From positions 1,075 through 65,074 of the forward strand of contig DASTCJ010000012.1 in NCBI GenBank assembly GCA_035605575.1: a stretch of DNA of 64,000 nucleotides. Direction: 5' to 3'. The notes under the pieces are model-generated. The model was not told the DNA's origin. It ran no database searches and was given only the letters and a program-made list of their open reading frames with translations. The stretch is from Candidatus Methylomirabilota bacterium (GTDB lineage Bacteria > Methylomirabilota > Methylomirabilia > Rokubacteriales > CSP1-6). Of the stretch, positions 49,917 through 59,351 are shown piece after piece (within the stretch, counting starts at the first letter, position 1; each line of letters starts with the position of its first letter). The position numbers and the translations under genes are program-made.

Positions 49917-51050
49917 TTGCGTAGGGCCGATTCAAGGACCATGCCGAGAGCCCGCCGCCGCGTCCGTGCACCGCGGATCGTCACCGAGCCCGTCGAGGCG
50001 GCAAAACTCGCTGGATTGACGTATGTCTCGGACCGCCGGCCCGGCATCACGCGCAAGCGCGCGGGCAAATCTTTCACGTACGTGCACCCCGAGGGAAGAT
50101 CCGTGCGCGATGCGGAATCATTCCTCCGCATCCGCTCGCTCGCGATTCCACCCGCGTGGACCGACGTCTGGATCTGTACGAGTCCCAACGGCCACCTGCA
50201 GGCGGTCGGCCGCGACGCGCGCGGTCGCAAGCAGTACCGCTATCATCCGCGCTGGCGCGCGATCCGCGACGAGACCAAATACGCGCGCATGCTCGCCTTC
50301 GCGCGCGCGCTGCCGAAGATCCGCGCACGCGTCACCGAAGATCTCGCACGTCCGGGTCTGCCGCGCGCCAAGCTGCTGGCCACCGTCGTGCGGTTGCTCG
50401 AGACGACGCTGATTCGCATCGGCAACGAGGAGTACGCGCGCGAGAACGGCTCGTTCGGCTTGACGACCATGCGCCGCCGTCACGTCGCCGTCTCCGGCTC
50501 GCTGCTGCGATTCCATTTTCGCGGCAAGAGCGGCAAGGAGCACGCGGTCGACATTCGCGACCCCCGGCTGGCACGAGTCGTCCGGCGCTGTCAGGAGCTC
50601 CCCGGCCAGGAGCTCTTCCAGTTCGTCGACGACGACGGCGCCCGGCAGAGCATCGACTCCGCCGACGTGAACGACTATCTGCGCGGCATCGCCGGCGACG
50701 AGTTCACCGCGAAGGATTTCCGCACGTGGGCCGGGACCGTGCTGGCCGCGCTGGCGCTTGCCGAGCTGGCGGCCTTTTCGTCGAAGCGTCAAGCGCGCCG
50801 CAACATCGTGCGCGCCGTAGAGTCGGTGGCGCGCCGGCTCGGCAACACGCCGGCCATCTGTCGCAAGGGTTATGTGCACCCGGCCATCATCGAGGCATAT
50901 CTCGACGGCGTCATGCTCGACGCCTTTCGCCGCCGCACCGCGCGCGCGATCACGGAGGACATCAGCGGTCTCACGACCGACGAAGCCGTCGTGCTCGGCA
51001 TGCTACAACAGCGACTGGCTCACGCGGGCGTGACCGCGCGCGCCGCGTGA
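49917..51050 (+). CDS. DNA topoisomerase IB (poxvirus-type, bacterial TopIB)
   Basis: about 370 aa; N-terminal DNA-binding region (IPPAWTDVWI) and catalytic C-terminal region with the active-site Tyr context (CRKGYVHPAIIE). Confidence 0.75.
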   Translation: MRRADSRTMPRARRRVRAPRIVTEPVEAAKLAGLTYVSDRRPGITRKRAGKSFTYVHPEGRSVRDAESFLRIRSLAIPPAWTDVWICTSPNGHLQAVGRDARGRKQYRYHPRWRAIRDETKYARMLAFARALPKIRARVTEDLARPGLPRAKLLATVVRLLETTLIRIGNEEYARENGSFGLTTMRRRHVAVSGSLLRFHFRGKSGKEHAVDIRDPRLARVVRRCQELPGQELFQFVDDDGARQSIDSADVNDYLRGIAGDEFTAKDFRTWAGTVLAALALAELAAFSSKRQARRNIVRAVESVARRLGNTPAICRKGYVHPAIIEAYLDGVMLDAFRRRTARAITEDISGLTTDEAVVLGMLQQRLAHAGVTARAA

Positions 51051-51063
51051 GCCGGCCGGCGGC

Positions 51064-51249
51064 TCACGCGTCGCTGGAGAGCTTGCCGTTGTATCCCCAG
51101 TTCGACTTCTCGACGTCCTGAAAGACGATGTGGACCTGATCGGCCGTCGTCTTGCCGATCTTCACCATCGCCTCGGTGATGGCCTTGGTGAGCTCGCGCT
51201 TCTGCTGATCGGTCCGCCCCGCGAACCACTGCACGGTGATGTTCGGCAT
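51064..51249 (-). CDS. 4-oxalocrotonate tautomerase family protein
   Basis: 62 aa, begins MPNITVQWFAGRT (Pro1 catalytic residue). Confidence 0.8.
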   Translation of the reverse strand: MPNITVQWFAGRTDQQKRELTKAITEAMVKIGKTTADQVHIVFQDVEKSNWGYNGKLSSDA

Positions 51250-51287
51250 GCTGAGGCCTCCTTCGGATCGTGATTGCGGACAGCCTA

Positions 51288-51860
51288 TCATGGCGACGGC
51301 AGCCGCTCGATCTGGCGCCGGCGAAAGCAGCCGACGAGATGATCGTTCACCATTCCGGTGGCCTGCATGAACGCATAGCAGATGGTCGGGCCCACGAACG
51401 CAAAGCCGCGGGCCCGCAGATCGCGGCTCAGCGCGCGCGCGGTGTCCGTCTCGGCCGGGACCTCGCGCGGCGCGCGCCAGCGATTCTGCACGGGGCGGCC
51501 ACCGACGAACGGCCAGAGGTACGCGTCGAGCGAGCCGTGCTCACGCTGCACGAGCAGCACGGCGCGTGCGTTGGCGACGGTGGCGGCGATCTTGGCGCGG
51601 TTGCGTACGATCCCCGGATCGCGGAGCAGCGCGGCGATCCGGGCGGCCGTGAAGCGCGCGACGGCGCGCGGATCGAACCGCGCGAACGCCCGGCGATACG
51701 CCGCGCGCTTGGCGAGGATCGTCGACCAGCTGAGCCCCGCCTGCGCGCCTTCGAGCACGAGGAACTCGAAGAGCCGCCGATCGTCGTGAACCGGCACCCC
51801 CCACTCGACATCGTGATACCGCGTCATCGCGGCTCCGGTCGCCCACGCGCAGCGCTTCAT
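51288..51860 (-). CDS. tag: DNA-3-methyladenine glycosylase I
   Basis: MKRCAWATGAAMTRYHDVEWGVP aligns to the E. coli Tag N-terminus; 190 aa. Confidence 0.85.
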   Translation of the reverse strand: MKRCAWATGAAMTRYHDVEWGVPVHDDRRLFEFLVLEGAQAGLSWSTILAKRAAYRRAFARFDPRAVARFTAARIAALLRDPGIVRNRAKIAATVANARAVLLVQREHGSLDAYLWPFVGGRPVQNRWRAPREVPAETDTARALSRDLRARGFAFVGPTICYAFMQATGMVNDHLVGCFRRRQIERLPSP

Positions 51861-52228
51861 GGTCGCGTGGACACCGCCCACGCCAGCACGAGCCAGCCGG
51901 CAATGAACGCCGCGCCACCGAGCGGGGTCACGGCGCCGAGCCAGCGCTGCCCCGTCACCGCCAGCACATAGAGGCTCCCGGAGAACACCACCGTGCCCGC
52001 CACGAAGAGCCAGCCGGCGACGGCCAGCGCCGGCGACGGCGAGCGCGGCAGCAGGATGCCGACGGCGAGCAGCGCGAGCGCGTGGTACATCTGGTAGCGC
52101 ACGCCAATCTCGAACGTCGACAGCATGTCGGGCACCAGCCGCGCGCGCAGCCCGTGAGCGCCGAAGGCGCCGAGCACGACCGCCACCACCGCCGACACGC
52201 ATCCGATGGCCAGGAAGAGTCGATCCAC
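51857..52228 (-). CDS. DUF423 (YgdD-like) membrane protein
   Basis: 123 aa, four TM helices; 4-nt overlap with tag. Confidence 0.7.
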   Translation of the reverse strand: MDRLFLAIGCVSAVVAVVLGAFGAHGLRARLVPDMLSTFEIGVRYQMYHALALLAVGILLPRSPSPALAVAGWLFVAGTVVFSGSLYVLAVTGQRWLGAVTPLGGAAFIAGWLVLAWAVSTRP

Positions 52229-52262
52229 TGCCGCCCGACGCTATGGCGTCGGCACCAGGGTG

Positions 52263-53435
52263 TCAAGTACGAGTGAGCAGCATCGCGGCCACGCCGACGG
52301 CGGCGCCGCCGGCGACGAGCCACGCGGAATTTACCCGGAACACCAGCAGCGCCACCGCGGCGCCGGCCGCGAGCAGCGCGGTCGGCACGTCGACGATCGC
52401 CGTGCGCGCCAGCTCCCACGTCACGGTGATCATGAGCCCGAGCGCGGCGACGTTCACTCCGTCGAGGAACGCGCCGGTGGCCGGCGAGCTACGGATCTTC
52501 GGAACGAACGGATGGCTCAATGCTACGAAGACGAAGGACGGGAGAAAGATCGCGAGCGTGGCCAGCAGGCCACCGGTCCATCCGGCGAGCACGTAGCCGA
52601 TGAACGTGGCTGTCGTGAACACCGGCCCCGGCGTGAACTGCCCAATGGCCACCGCGTCGAGCAGCTGACGATCGCTCAGCCATCCCAGGCGATCGACGAA
52701 GTCGCGTCGCAAGAACGCGAGCAGCACGTAGCCGCTGCCGTACAGCACGGCGCCGATCTTGAGAAAGGTCAGGGCGAGCGTCGTCAGCGACACCGCCGCG
52801 GCCACGCCGCCCGCGGCCGGGGTCGCCAGCGACGTCGCCAGCAGCGCCAGTGGCGACGCGTGACGCCGGCCGAGCCGACGCGCCATCGCCACGGCCACCC
52901 CGGCGCCGAGCAACACCAGGAGCTCGTGTACGCCGAGCGCCGACAGCGCGACGGCCAGGATGCCGACGAGTGCGAGCAGCGCTCCCTTCACGGCCGTGCG
53001 CGTGAGGGCCCAGGCTGCCTGGATCACCACCGCGATGATGACCGGCTTGATGCCGTAGAGAAGCGCCGCTGCCTCCGGCCGGGCGCCGTAGGCGACGTAG
53101 GCCCATGCGAGGGCGAGTACGAGGAGCATCGCCGGCACGATGAAGCACGCGCCGCCAAGCACGAGGCCGGGCCAGCCCGCTCGTAGATAGCCGAGATGGA
53201 TCGCCATCTCGGTGGAGTTCGGGCCGGGGATGAGATTCGTCATGCCGAGGAGGTCGAGGAATCGTGCGTCGGCGACCCAGCGCCGCCGTCGCACGACCTC
53301 GTCGCGCATCATCGCGATGTGCGCGGCGGGTCCGCCGAAGCCGATGACACCGAGCTTCAGGAAGACGCTGACCACCTCGCCGAGGGCGCCGCGACTCGGC
53401 GGCGTCGATGGCATGGGCACACGGTAGCGGCCCAC
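52263..53435 (-). CDS. chrA: chromate transporter
   Basis: two CHR-domain repeats (FGGPAAHIAMM... and ...GQFTPGPVFTTATF); 390 aa. Confidence 0.85.
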   Translation of the reverse strand: MGRYRVPMPSTPPSRGALGEVVSVFLKLGVIGFGGPAAHIAMMRDEVVRRRRWVADARFLDLLGMTNLIPGPNSTEMAIHLGYLRAGWPGLVLGGACFIVPAMLLVLALAWAYVAYGARPEAAALLYGIKPVIIAVVIQAAWALTRTAVKGALLALVGILAVALSALGVHELLVLLGAGVAVAMARRLGRRHASPLALLATSLATPAAGGVAAAVSLTTLALTFLKIGAVLYGSGYVLLAFLRRDFVDRLGWLSDRQLLDAVAIGQFTPGPVFTTATFIGYVLAGWTGGLLATLAIFLPSFVFVALSHPFVPKIRSSPATGAFLDGVNVAALGLMITVTWELARTAIVDVPTALLAAGAAVALLVFRVNSAWLVAGGAAVGVAAMLLTRT

Positions 53436-53461
53436 CGGCCAATTCCGTAGCTTTTTGTGCG

Positions 53462-53890
53462 TCAGGCGGCCGCTTCGCCGCCGCTGTCGTCATCGAGGTC
53501 CGCGCGCTCGTCGGGACCGGCTTGCATCGCTTCACGGATGGCGGCGCGCGCCATCTCGGCGTCGTACGGCCGCACGAGGATGCACGCGGCCCAGTGCAGT
53601 GGCAGACGCTGTAGATCGCGCACGTCGGCGACGCTCAGCACGCACGGAACGCCGAAGCGCTGACAAACTCGCTGCAGCTCATCCAGCTGACGGCCGCCGC
53701 GCACGGCGGATGGCACGATGTCGTAGATCACGACGTCCGGCCGGGACTCCCGCACGAACGCCTGCAGGTCCAGCGTCCCGGATTGTACTTCCATCACGTA
53801 CGCGCCGCTGGCCGCGAGGCCGGCCTCACGCAGCGCCAGCCGTACGAGCACACCGTCTTCGTCGGCCGCGAACAGCGCCACGCTTACCAT
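53462..53890 (-). CDS. receiver-like domain protein (Lys-to-Arg variant)
   Basis: LFAADED acidic pocket, VVIYDIV Asp, SVAD, but RPYD instead of KP; start and length uncertain. Confidence 0.4.
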   Translation of the reverse strand: MVSVALFAADEDGVLVRLALREAGLAASGAYVMEVQSGTLDLQAFVRESRPDVVIYDIVPSAVRGGRQLDELQRVCQRFGVPCVLSVADVRDLQRLPLHWAACILVRPYDAEMARAAIREAMQAGPDERADLDDDSGGEAAA

Positions 53891-53958
53891 GGGACCCGTC
53901 AATGCAGCCCTCATGCCGGTACCGGACGACAGTCGCAAGGGCCGTGGAATAATGAGCC

Positions 53959-54426
53959 ATGCGCCGCTTCACCTCTCTTCTGATCGCGGTGTGTCTCGGC
54001 GGCTGTCTGGCCGCGGGCCCGCCGCTGCCGCCGCCGCCGCGCGGTCCGGTTCCCGATCTGGTCGGAACCTGGCGCGGGACGTGGGCCGGAGAGCCGCTCG
54101 CGTTGCTGGTCGTGACGCAGCTCGGCGACGCCGGATACTCCGGGTTCTCGATCGGCGACTATCAGCTGGGCGGGCCTCGACGTCCCGGGTTTTCCGGTGT
54201 GCTGACCTCCACCGTCCGCGGCGAGGCCGTCTCCTCCCGCGCCCAGGGGTGGCTGGGCAACGATGCGACCGGACGCCTGCTCGTCCTGATCGAGAGCGAT
54301 TCACCGGCCGGTTATCAGTACTTGACCCTCGCGAGGGTCGATCGCGATCGCCTCGCCGGTAGCGGCCAGTCCAGCTTCGCCTGGGGCCCACGTGGTCCCG
54401 CAGAGCTCACGCGTCAGGTCAGGTAG
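53959..54426 (+). CDS. hypothetical lipoprotein
   Basis: signal peptide with lipobox LGGC, followed by a Pro-rich segment. Confidence 0.55.
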   Translation: MRRFTSLLIAVCLGGCLAAGPPLPPPPRGPVPDLVGTWRGTWAGEPLALLVVTQLGDAGYSGFSIGDYQLGGPRRPGFSGVLTSTVRGEAVSSRAQGWLGNDATGRLLVLIESDSPAGYQYLTLARVDRDRLAGSGQSSFAWGPRGPAELTRQVR

Positions 54427-54448
54427 CGGCTTCGGGTATCATCCCCGG

Positions 54449-55396
54449 GTGCGCATCGTCTTCCCCGACGGCGCCGGCTGCGTCCAATCGCCGGCCGACC
54501 TCGAGCCCCTGCGCCGTCTCGGCATCGTGGATTTCCACGACGGGCCGCCGCGCGACCGTGCCGAGCTCATCGCACGTGTGCGCGACGCGGACGCGGTCAT
54601 TCTCGATTACTCGCAGATGGACGCCGAGGTCCTGGGAGCGTGTCCGCGACTGCGCTTCATCAGCTTTCTCGGCATCGGTTACGCGAGCTGCATCGACGTC
54701 GAGGCAGCCACGCGCCAGGGCATCACCGTGGCCAACACACCGGACTACGGGTCGACGTCGGTCGCCGAGCACGCGCTGGCCATGATGCTCGCGCTCACGC
54801 GGCACATCGCGGCTGCCGATCGCAGCCTCCGCGAAGGACGCTGGGAGCCCGGCCGCTTCCACGGCATCGAGCTGCGCGGCAAGACGCTCGGGGTGGTCGG
54901 CCTCGGCCCGATCGGCGTCGAGATGGCGCGTCTCGGCGCCGGCATCGGCATGCGCGTGATCGCGTGGACCCGCCGTGCCGAGCCCGGGCGTGCGCCCGCC
55001 GGCGTCGAGATGGTCGCGCTGGAGACGCTCTTCGAGCGCGCCGACGTGGTGTCGCTCCACCTCGCGTACTCGCGACAGACGGAGGGCGTCATCTCACGCG
55101 CACTGCTCGAGCGCCTGAGATCCAGCGCGTGGTTCGTGAACACCGCGCGCGCGCGTCTCGTGGACACGGCGGCGCTCGTCGACTTGCTGGCCGCCGGGCG
55201 GATCCGCGGCGCCGCGCTGGACGTGCACGAGACGGAGCCGACGCCCGTCCCGCATCCGCTGGCGTCGCTGCCGAACGTCCTGCTCACGCCGCACATCGGC
55301 TACAACACCACGGAGGCGTCGGCGAACATGCTTCGCATCTCGATCGCCACGCTCGAAGCATTCGTCCGCGGCGAGCGCCTCCACGTCGTGAACTAG
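54449..55396 (+). CDS. D-isomer-specific 2-hydroxyacid dehydrogenase (glycerate/phosphoglycerate dehydrogenase-like)
   Basis: NAD-binding GVVGLGPIGVEMAR and catalytic region with the His-containing motif (LTPHIG); GTG start assumed. Confidence 0.8.
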   Translation: MRIVFPDGAGCVQSPADLEPLRRLGIVDFHDGPPRDRAELIARVRDADAVILDYSQMDAEVLGACPRLRFISFLGIGYASCIDVEAATRQGITVANTPDYGSTSVAEHALAMMLALTRHIAAADRSLREGRWEPGRFHGIELRGKTLGVVGLGPIGVEMARLGAGIGMRVIAWTRRAEPGRAPAGVEMVALETLFERADVVSLHLAYSRQTEGVISRALLERLRSSAWFVNTARARLVDTAALVDLLAAGRIRGAALDVHETEPTPVPHPLASLPNVLLTPHIGYNTTEASANMLRISIATLEAFVRGERLHVVN

Positions 55397-55404
55397 GATC
55401 CTTG

Positions 55405-56019
55405 TTACGCGAGGCCCCAGACCTTTGCGAACGGGTCGTGGGCCGGGTCGGATTGCCATTCGTATTCCATGCGCGTGGCGATCTCGTCGCGGGCGGTGGG
55501 ACCGGCGATGCGACCGATGAGATGGAGCGCCATGTCGATGCCGGCGGAGACGCCGGACGACGTGACGACGTTGCCGTCGTCGACCCAGCGCGCCTGCCGC
55601 ACCCAGTCGACCTTCCGCCCCTGCTCGCTGACCCAGCCGAAGGCGCGCTTGTTCGACGTCGCGCGGCGGCCGTCGAGGACGCCGGCCTTGGCGAGAAGGG
55701 CGGCGCCGGTGCAGACGGACGTCGTGATCTCCGCCGTCCGCGCCCGCCGTGCGATCCAGTCCACGAGGCCGCGGTTGCTGACCTCACGGCGCGTCCCCAT
55801 GCCGCCCGGGACGAGCAGGATATCGAGCGGCGGACAGTCGGCGAGTCCATGATCCGCCATCGCGCGCGGTCCCTGAGCGCTGGCCACCGGCCCCGCGTGC
55901 TCGGCGACGGTGACGATGCGACACCAGTCCTTCGCGTGCCCGAAGGCCTCCAGCGGCCCGAAGACGTCCAGCAGCTCGAACTCGGGAAACAGCAGCACGC
56001 CGACCGTCTTCGGCGGCAT
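55405..56019 (-). CDS. DJ-1/PfpI family protein
   Basis: class I glutamine amidotransferase-like fold with the nucleophile-elbow motif SVCTGA. Confidence 0.8.
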   Translation of the reverse strand: MPPKTVGVLLFPEFELLDVFGPLEAFGHAKDWCRIVTVAEHAGPVASAQGPRAMADHGLADCPPLDILLVPGGMGTRREVSNRGLVDWIARRARTAEITTSVCTGAALLAKAGVLDGRRATSNKRAFGWVSEQGRKVDWVRQARWVDDGNVVTSSGVSAGIDMALHLIGRIAGPTARDEIATRMEYEWQSDPAHDPFAKVWGLA

Positions 56020-57431
56020 CACGAGCCCTCCAGCGGATGCGTCATGTCTTTCGGCTTGACCCAACGGTCATAGTCCTCGGCGCTCAGGAAGCCGAGCTTC
56101 AGGGCGGCATCGCGCAGGCTGAGCTCGTCGCGATGCGCGGCGAGCGCGATCTGCGCGGCCTTCTCGTAGCCGATGTGCGGGGTGAGCGCGGTCACCAGCA
56201 TCAGCGAGTCGTCCACGTGGCGCTGGATGCGGCGCAGGTCGGGCTCGAGACCGCGCACGCAGTGCTCGTCGAAGGAGCGGACGGCATCGGCCAGGAGCGT
56301 GATGGACTCCAGCACGTTGTGGAGGATCACCGGTTTGTAAACGTTCAGCTGAAAGTTGCCCTGCGAGCCGGCGAGCGCGACCGCGGCATCGTTGCCGAAC
56401 ACCTGGACGGCGACCATCGTCAGCGCCTCCGCCTGCGTCGGATTGATCTTGCCCGGCATGATCGACGAGCCCGGCTCGTTCTCGGGAATGCGCAGCTCGC
56501 CGAGGCCCGCCCGCGGGCCGGATGCGTGCCAGCGGACGTCGTTGGCGATCTTCATGAGCGCGCCGGCGAGCGTGCGCAGCACCGCGCTCGCGTTCACCAT
56601 GGCGTCGTGCGCGGAGAGGGCGGCAAACTTGTTCGGCGCCGACTCGAAGGGCTTGCCGGTGGCCTCCGTGATCTTGCGCGCCACGACCTCGCCAAAGCGC
56701 GGATGCGCGTTCAGGCCGGTGCCGACGGCGGTGCCGCCGAGGGCGAGGCCGGCGAGGCGGCGCGACGCCCAGTGCACCGCCTCGAGCGCGTCGTCGAGCT
56801 GGGCGACCCAGCCGGAAATCGCCTGACCGAGCGTGAGCGGTGTCGCGTCTTGCAGGTGCGTGCGCCCGATCATCACCACCTCGCGATACGCCCGGGCCTT
56901 GGCGTCGAGCGTGTCGCGCAGCGCTTTCACCGCCGGCACCAGCACGTCCTCGAGCTGCTCCACGGTGGCGATGTGCATGACGGCGGGGAAGACGTCGTTC
57001 GAGGACTGACTCTGGTTCACGTCGTCGTTGGGATGAATGCGTCCCTTGTCGCCCGGTGTGCCGCCCGACAGCTGGATGGCGCGGTTGGCCACGACCTCGT
57101 TCGCGTTCATGTTGGACTGGGTGCCCGAGCCAGTCTGGAACACGACCAGTGGGAACTCGTCGTCCCACGTGCCGGCGATGACTTCATCGGCCGCGCGCGC
57201 GATGAGGTCGGCCTTCGCCGGCGCGAGCTGCCCCAGCTCCTTGTTGGCCAGCGCGGACGCCTTCTTCACGAGGCCAAACGCGCGGATGACCGGGCGCCCC
57301 CACCGGAAGCGATCGGCTCCGATCACGAAGTTGCGGCGAGATCGTTCCGTCTGCGCGCCCCACAGCCGCTCGGCGTCGACCTCGACCGGACCGAGCGCAT
57401 CCTTCTCCATTCGCGTCTTCCGCGCGCTCAT
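56019..57431 (-). CDS. fumC: class II fumarate hydratase
   Basis: [13 protein letters not shown] signature motif; 470 aa. Confidence 0.95.
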   Translation of the reverse strand: MSARKTRMEKDALGPVEVDAERLWGAQTERSRRNFVIGADRFRWGRPVIRAFGLVKKASALANKELGQLAPAKADLIARAADEVIAGTWDDEFPLVVFQTGSGTQSNMNANEVVANRAIQLSGGTPGDKGRIHPNDDVNQSQSSNDVFPAVMHIATVEQLEDVLVPAVKALRDTLDAKARAYREVVMIGRTHLQDATPLTLGQAISGWVAQLDDALEAVHWASRRLAGLALGGTAVGTGLNAHPRFGEVVARKITEATGKPFESAPNKFAALSAHDAMVNASAVLRTLAGALMKIANDVRWHASGPRAGLGELRIPENEPGSSIMPGKINPTQAEALTMVAVQVFGNDAAVALAGSQGNFQLNVYKPVILHNVLESITLLADAVRSFDEHCVRGLEPDLRRIQRHVDDSLMLVTALTPHIGYEKAAQIALAAHRDELSLRDAALKLGFLSAEDYDRWVKPKDMTHPLEGS

Positions 57432-57509
57432 GCCATCAACCCTCCCCGTGGGCTCCTCGGGATCACGCGATCGAGCATACGCCCGCGGTCTCGCGCGCGC
57501 GCAGCAGCG

Positions 57510-58169
57510 TCAGGCGCCGGCGGCCGCCTCGGTGGCGAGGGCGTCGGCGCGCGCGTTGAACTCCGCGAAATCGTCGCGTCCGGCCCACGACGACTGATGA
57601 CCGCGCTGGTGACGGAACGTGAGGGCGAGCCGGCGCGCTTCCGCCACCGTCTGGCACGCGGCGACGATCTCGCCGACGAGCGGATCCTTGGTTCGCCAGC
57701 GTCCGGTCATCCAGGCGCCGACGCCTTCGTAGTCGTGCACCACCGTCAACGGCTCGGCCTCCGGCGCCAGACGCAAGGCGAGATAGAGGGCGCCGAGCTC
57801 GGCGAGAATGTTCCGCAGCCGTGCGAGCGCCGCCGCGATCGCCGCCGGCTCCGTGAGCGAGGCGACGGTGCCACCCGCGAAGACTTCGCGCACCGTCAGG
57901 CCGATCGCCTCCTCGACGCTCGGCTCGGCTTTCGTGGCGTCGACGAGCACGACGCCGACGCCGCCCAGATGATTGCCGTCCACGAACGCGTACCGCCCCG
58001 GCGCCAGGCTCGTGCCTTCGCCGCGCAGCATCGACTCCGCTTGCTCGCGGCTCGCCACCGCCTGATAGCGTGCGCCCCGCACTCCCTTCACCGCCGCCTC
58101 GCACGCCGGCCACGACTCGTAGACGCCGCGGATGCGCTCCGGCGCCGTCACGACGTAGACCTTGCCCAC
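57510..58169 (-). CDS. ribonuclease H family protein with an N-terminal hybrid-binding (Cauli_VI-like) domain
   Basis: N-terminus GKVYVVTAPERIRGVYESWPACEAAVKGVRGARYQAV is Cauli_VI-like; followed by an RNase H-like segment (AFVDGN...TEPAA...VHDYEG); GTG start. Confidence 0.55.
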   Translation of the reverse strand: MGKVYVVTAPERIRGVYESWPACEAAVKGVRGARYQAVASREQAESMLRGEGTSLAPGRYAFVDGNHLGGVGVVLVDATKAEPSVEEAIGLTVREVFAGGTVASLTEPAAIAAALARLRNILAELGALYLALRLAPEAEPLTVVHDYEGVGAWMTGRWRTKDPLVGEIVAACQTVAEARRLALTFRHQRGHQSSWAGRDDFAEFNARADALATEAAAGA

Positions 58170-58234
58170 AGCGTCTACACCGCAACGACCTTGATCTTCA
58201 CCTCGGTCGCGCCCGCGACCGTGCGGTAGAGCGG

Positions 58235-58585
58235 TCAACGCTGGCGGTACACCTCGACGAGCGACTCGGCCTGCGGCTGGGTCACCCCGGCCAGCTCGAA
58301 CGTCATCACCACCGACGCGAAGCGATTCGGCTCCGCGGCCGTCCGTACGCCCTCGATGGTGACGTCCATTCGGCGGAGCGGAACGCCCTTCTCCTGTGCG
58401 TACCCTTCGATCAGCGTCACGCCGCACGACGACACGCCGGCGAGAAACGCCTCGCTGTTGGTGAGCGCGTCCGCCTGCGGCCGCGCCGACGAATCGAGCC
58501 GGAGAGTCTGACCGCGGACGGTGCTCTGCGCGCGTCCGATGGTTCCGCTGCTCGACGAGCGAATGGTGTCGATCTTGTCACTCAT
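58235..58585 (-). CDS. OsmC/Ohr family peroxiredoxin-like protein
   Basis: 117 aa with the conserved Cys pair context (GVSSCGVTL ...). Confidence 0.7.
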   Translation of the reverse strand: MSDKIDTIRSSSSGTIGRAQSTVRGQTLRLDSSARPQADALTNSEAFLAGVSSCGVTLIEGYAQEKGVPLRRMDVTIEGVRTAAEPNRFASVVMTFELAGVTQPQAESLVEVYRQR

Positions 58586-58835
58586 GATGGCCTCCGTGAC
58601 GCGCATCGACGGGCTCGGCGCGCCGGGCCGGCACGCTGCCGTCCCGCCGCGCCTCCTCCTCGGTGGCGTAGCAGCGCTCGGGGCTCGCTTCTTCGTAGAA
58701 GCGGGTGCCCGGCAGAAAGTAGACCCGCAACCCCGACTCGCGCGAGACGTACCCCTTGATGGGGTGGCTCTCGGGACACGCCCAGGGCATCGCAGGAGCC
58801 ACGCCGGGACGAGCGGATTGCGCGACCAACAGCAC
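58578..58835 (-). CDS. hypothetical small protein, possibly secreted
   Basis: 85-aa ORF; the upstream in-frame hydrophobic stretch LLAVAVAVLLVAQSA suggests a signal peptide, but no canonical start codon precedes it. Confidence 0.3.
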   Translation of the reverse strand: MLLVAQSARPGVAPAMPWACPESHPIKGYVSRESGLRVYFLPGTRFYEEASPERCYATEEEARRDGSVPARRAEPVDARHGGHHE

Positions 58836-58863
58836 GGCGACGGCGACCGCTAGCAGTCGCGTC

Positions 58864-59346
58864 TCACGCGTACTGCACGCTGATGATCTCGGCGACGAGT
58901 GCCGGCCGCTCCTGGCCTTCGATCTCCACCGTCATTTCGGACGTGACACGGAATCCGTTGTCGGCCACGCGCTCGACGTTGGCCAGCCGCTGGCGCAGGC
59001 GAATCCGAGCGCCGGCCGCGACCGTGTTGGTGAAGCGCACCTTGTTCGAGCCGTAGTTCAGGCCGTGACGCCGCTTGCCGATCTTCACCAGCGTGGCCGC
59101 CATCCGGGGCACGAGGGAAAGCGTGAGATAGCCGTGGGCGATCGTCTTGCCACCTGGCATCTCGCGCTTGGCGCGCTCGACGTCCACGTGGATCCATTGA
59201 TGGTCGCCGGTCGCGTCCGCGAACTTGTCGATCATCGCCTGCTCGACGGTCATCCACTCCGACGGGCCCAGCTCCCGCCCGACATGCTGCAGCAGCTCTT
59301 CCGGTCCCTCGACGGTCAGCGTGGTCATGTCGGGATGGTAACTCAA
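58864..59346 (-). CDS. MaoC-like (R)-hydratase/dehydratase, hotdog fold
   Basis: 160 aa; MaoC motif region DHQWIHVD...GKTIAHGYLTLSL. Confidence 0.8.
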   Translation of the reverse strand: MSYHPDMTTLTVEGPEELLQHVGRELGPSEWMTVEQAMIDKFADATGDHQWIHVDVERAKREMPGGKTIAHGYLTLSLVPRMAATLVKIGKRRHGLNYGSNKVRFTNTVAAGARIRLRQRLANVERVADNGFRVTSEMTVEIEGQERPALVAEIISVQYA

Positions 59347-59351
59347 GCGCG

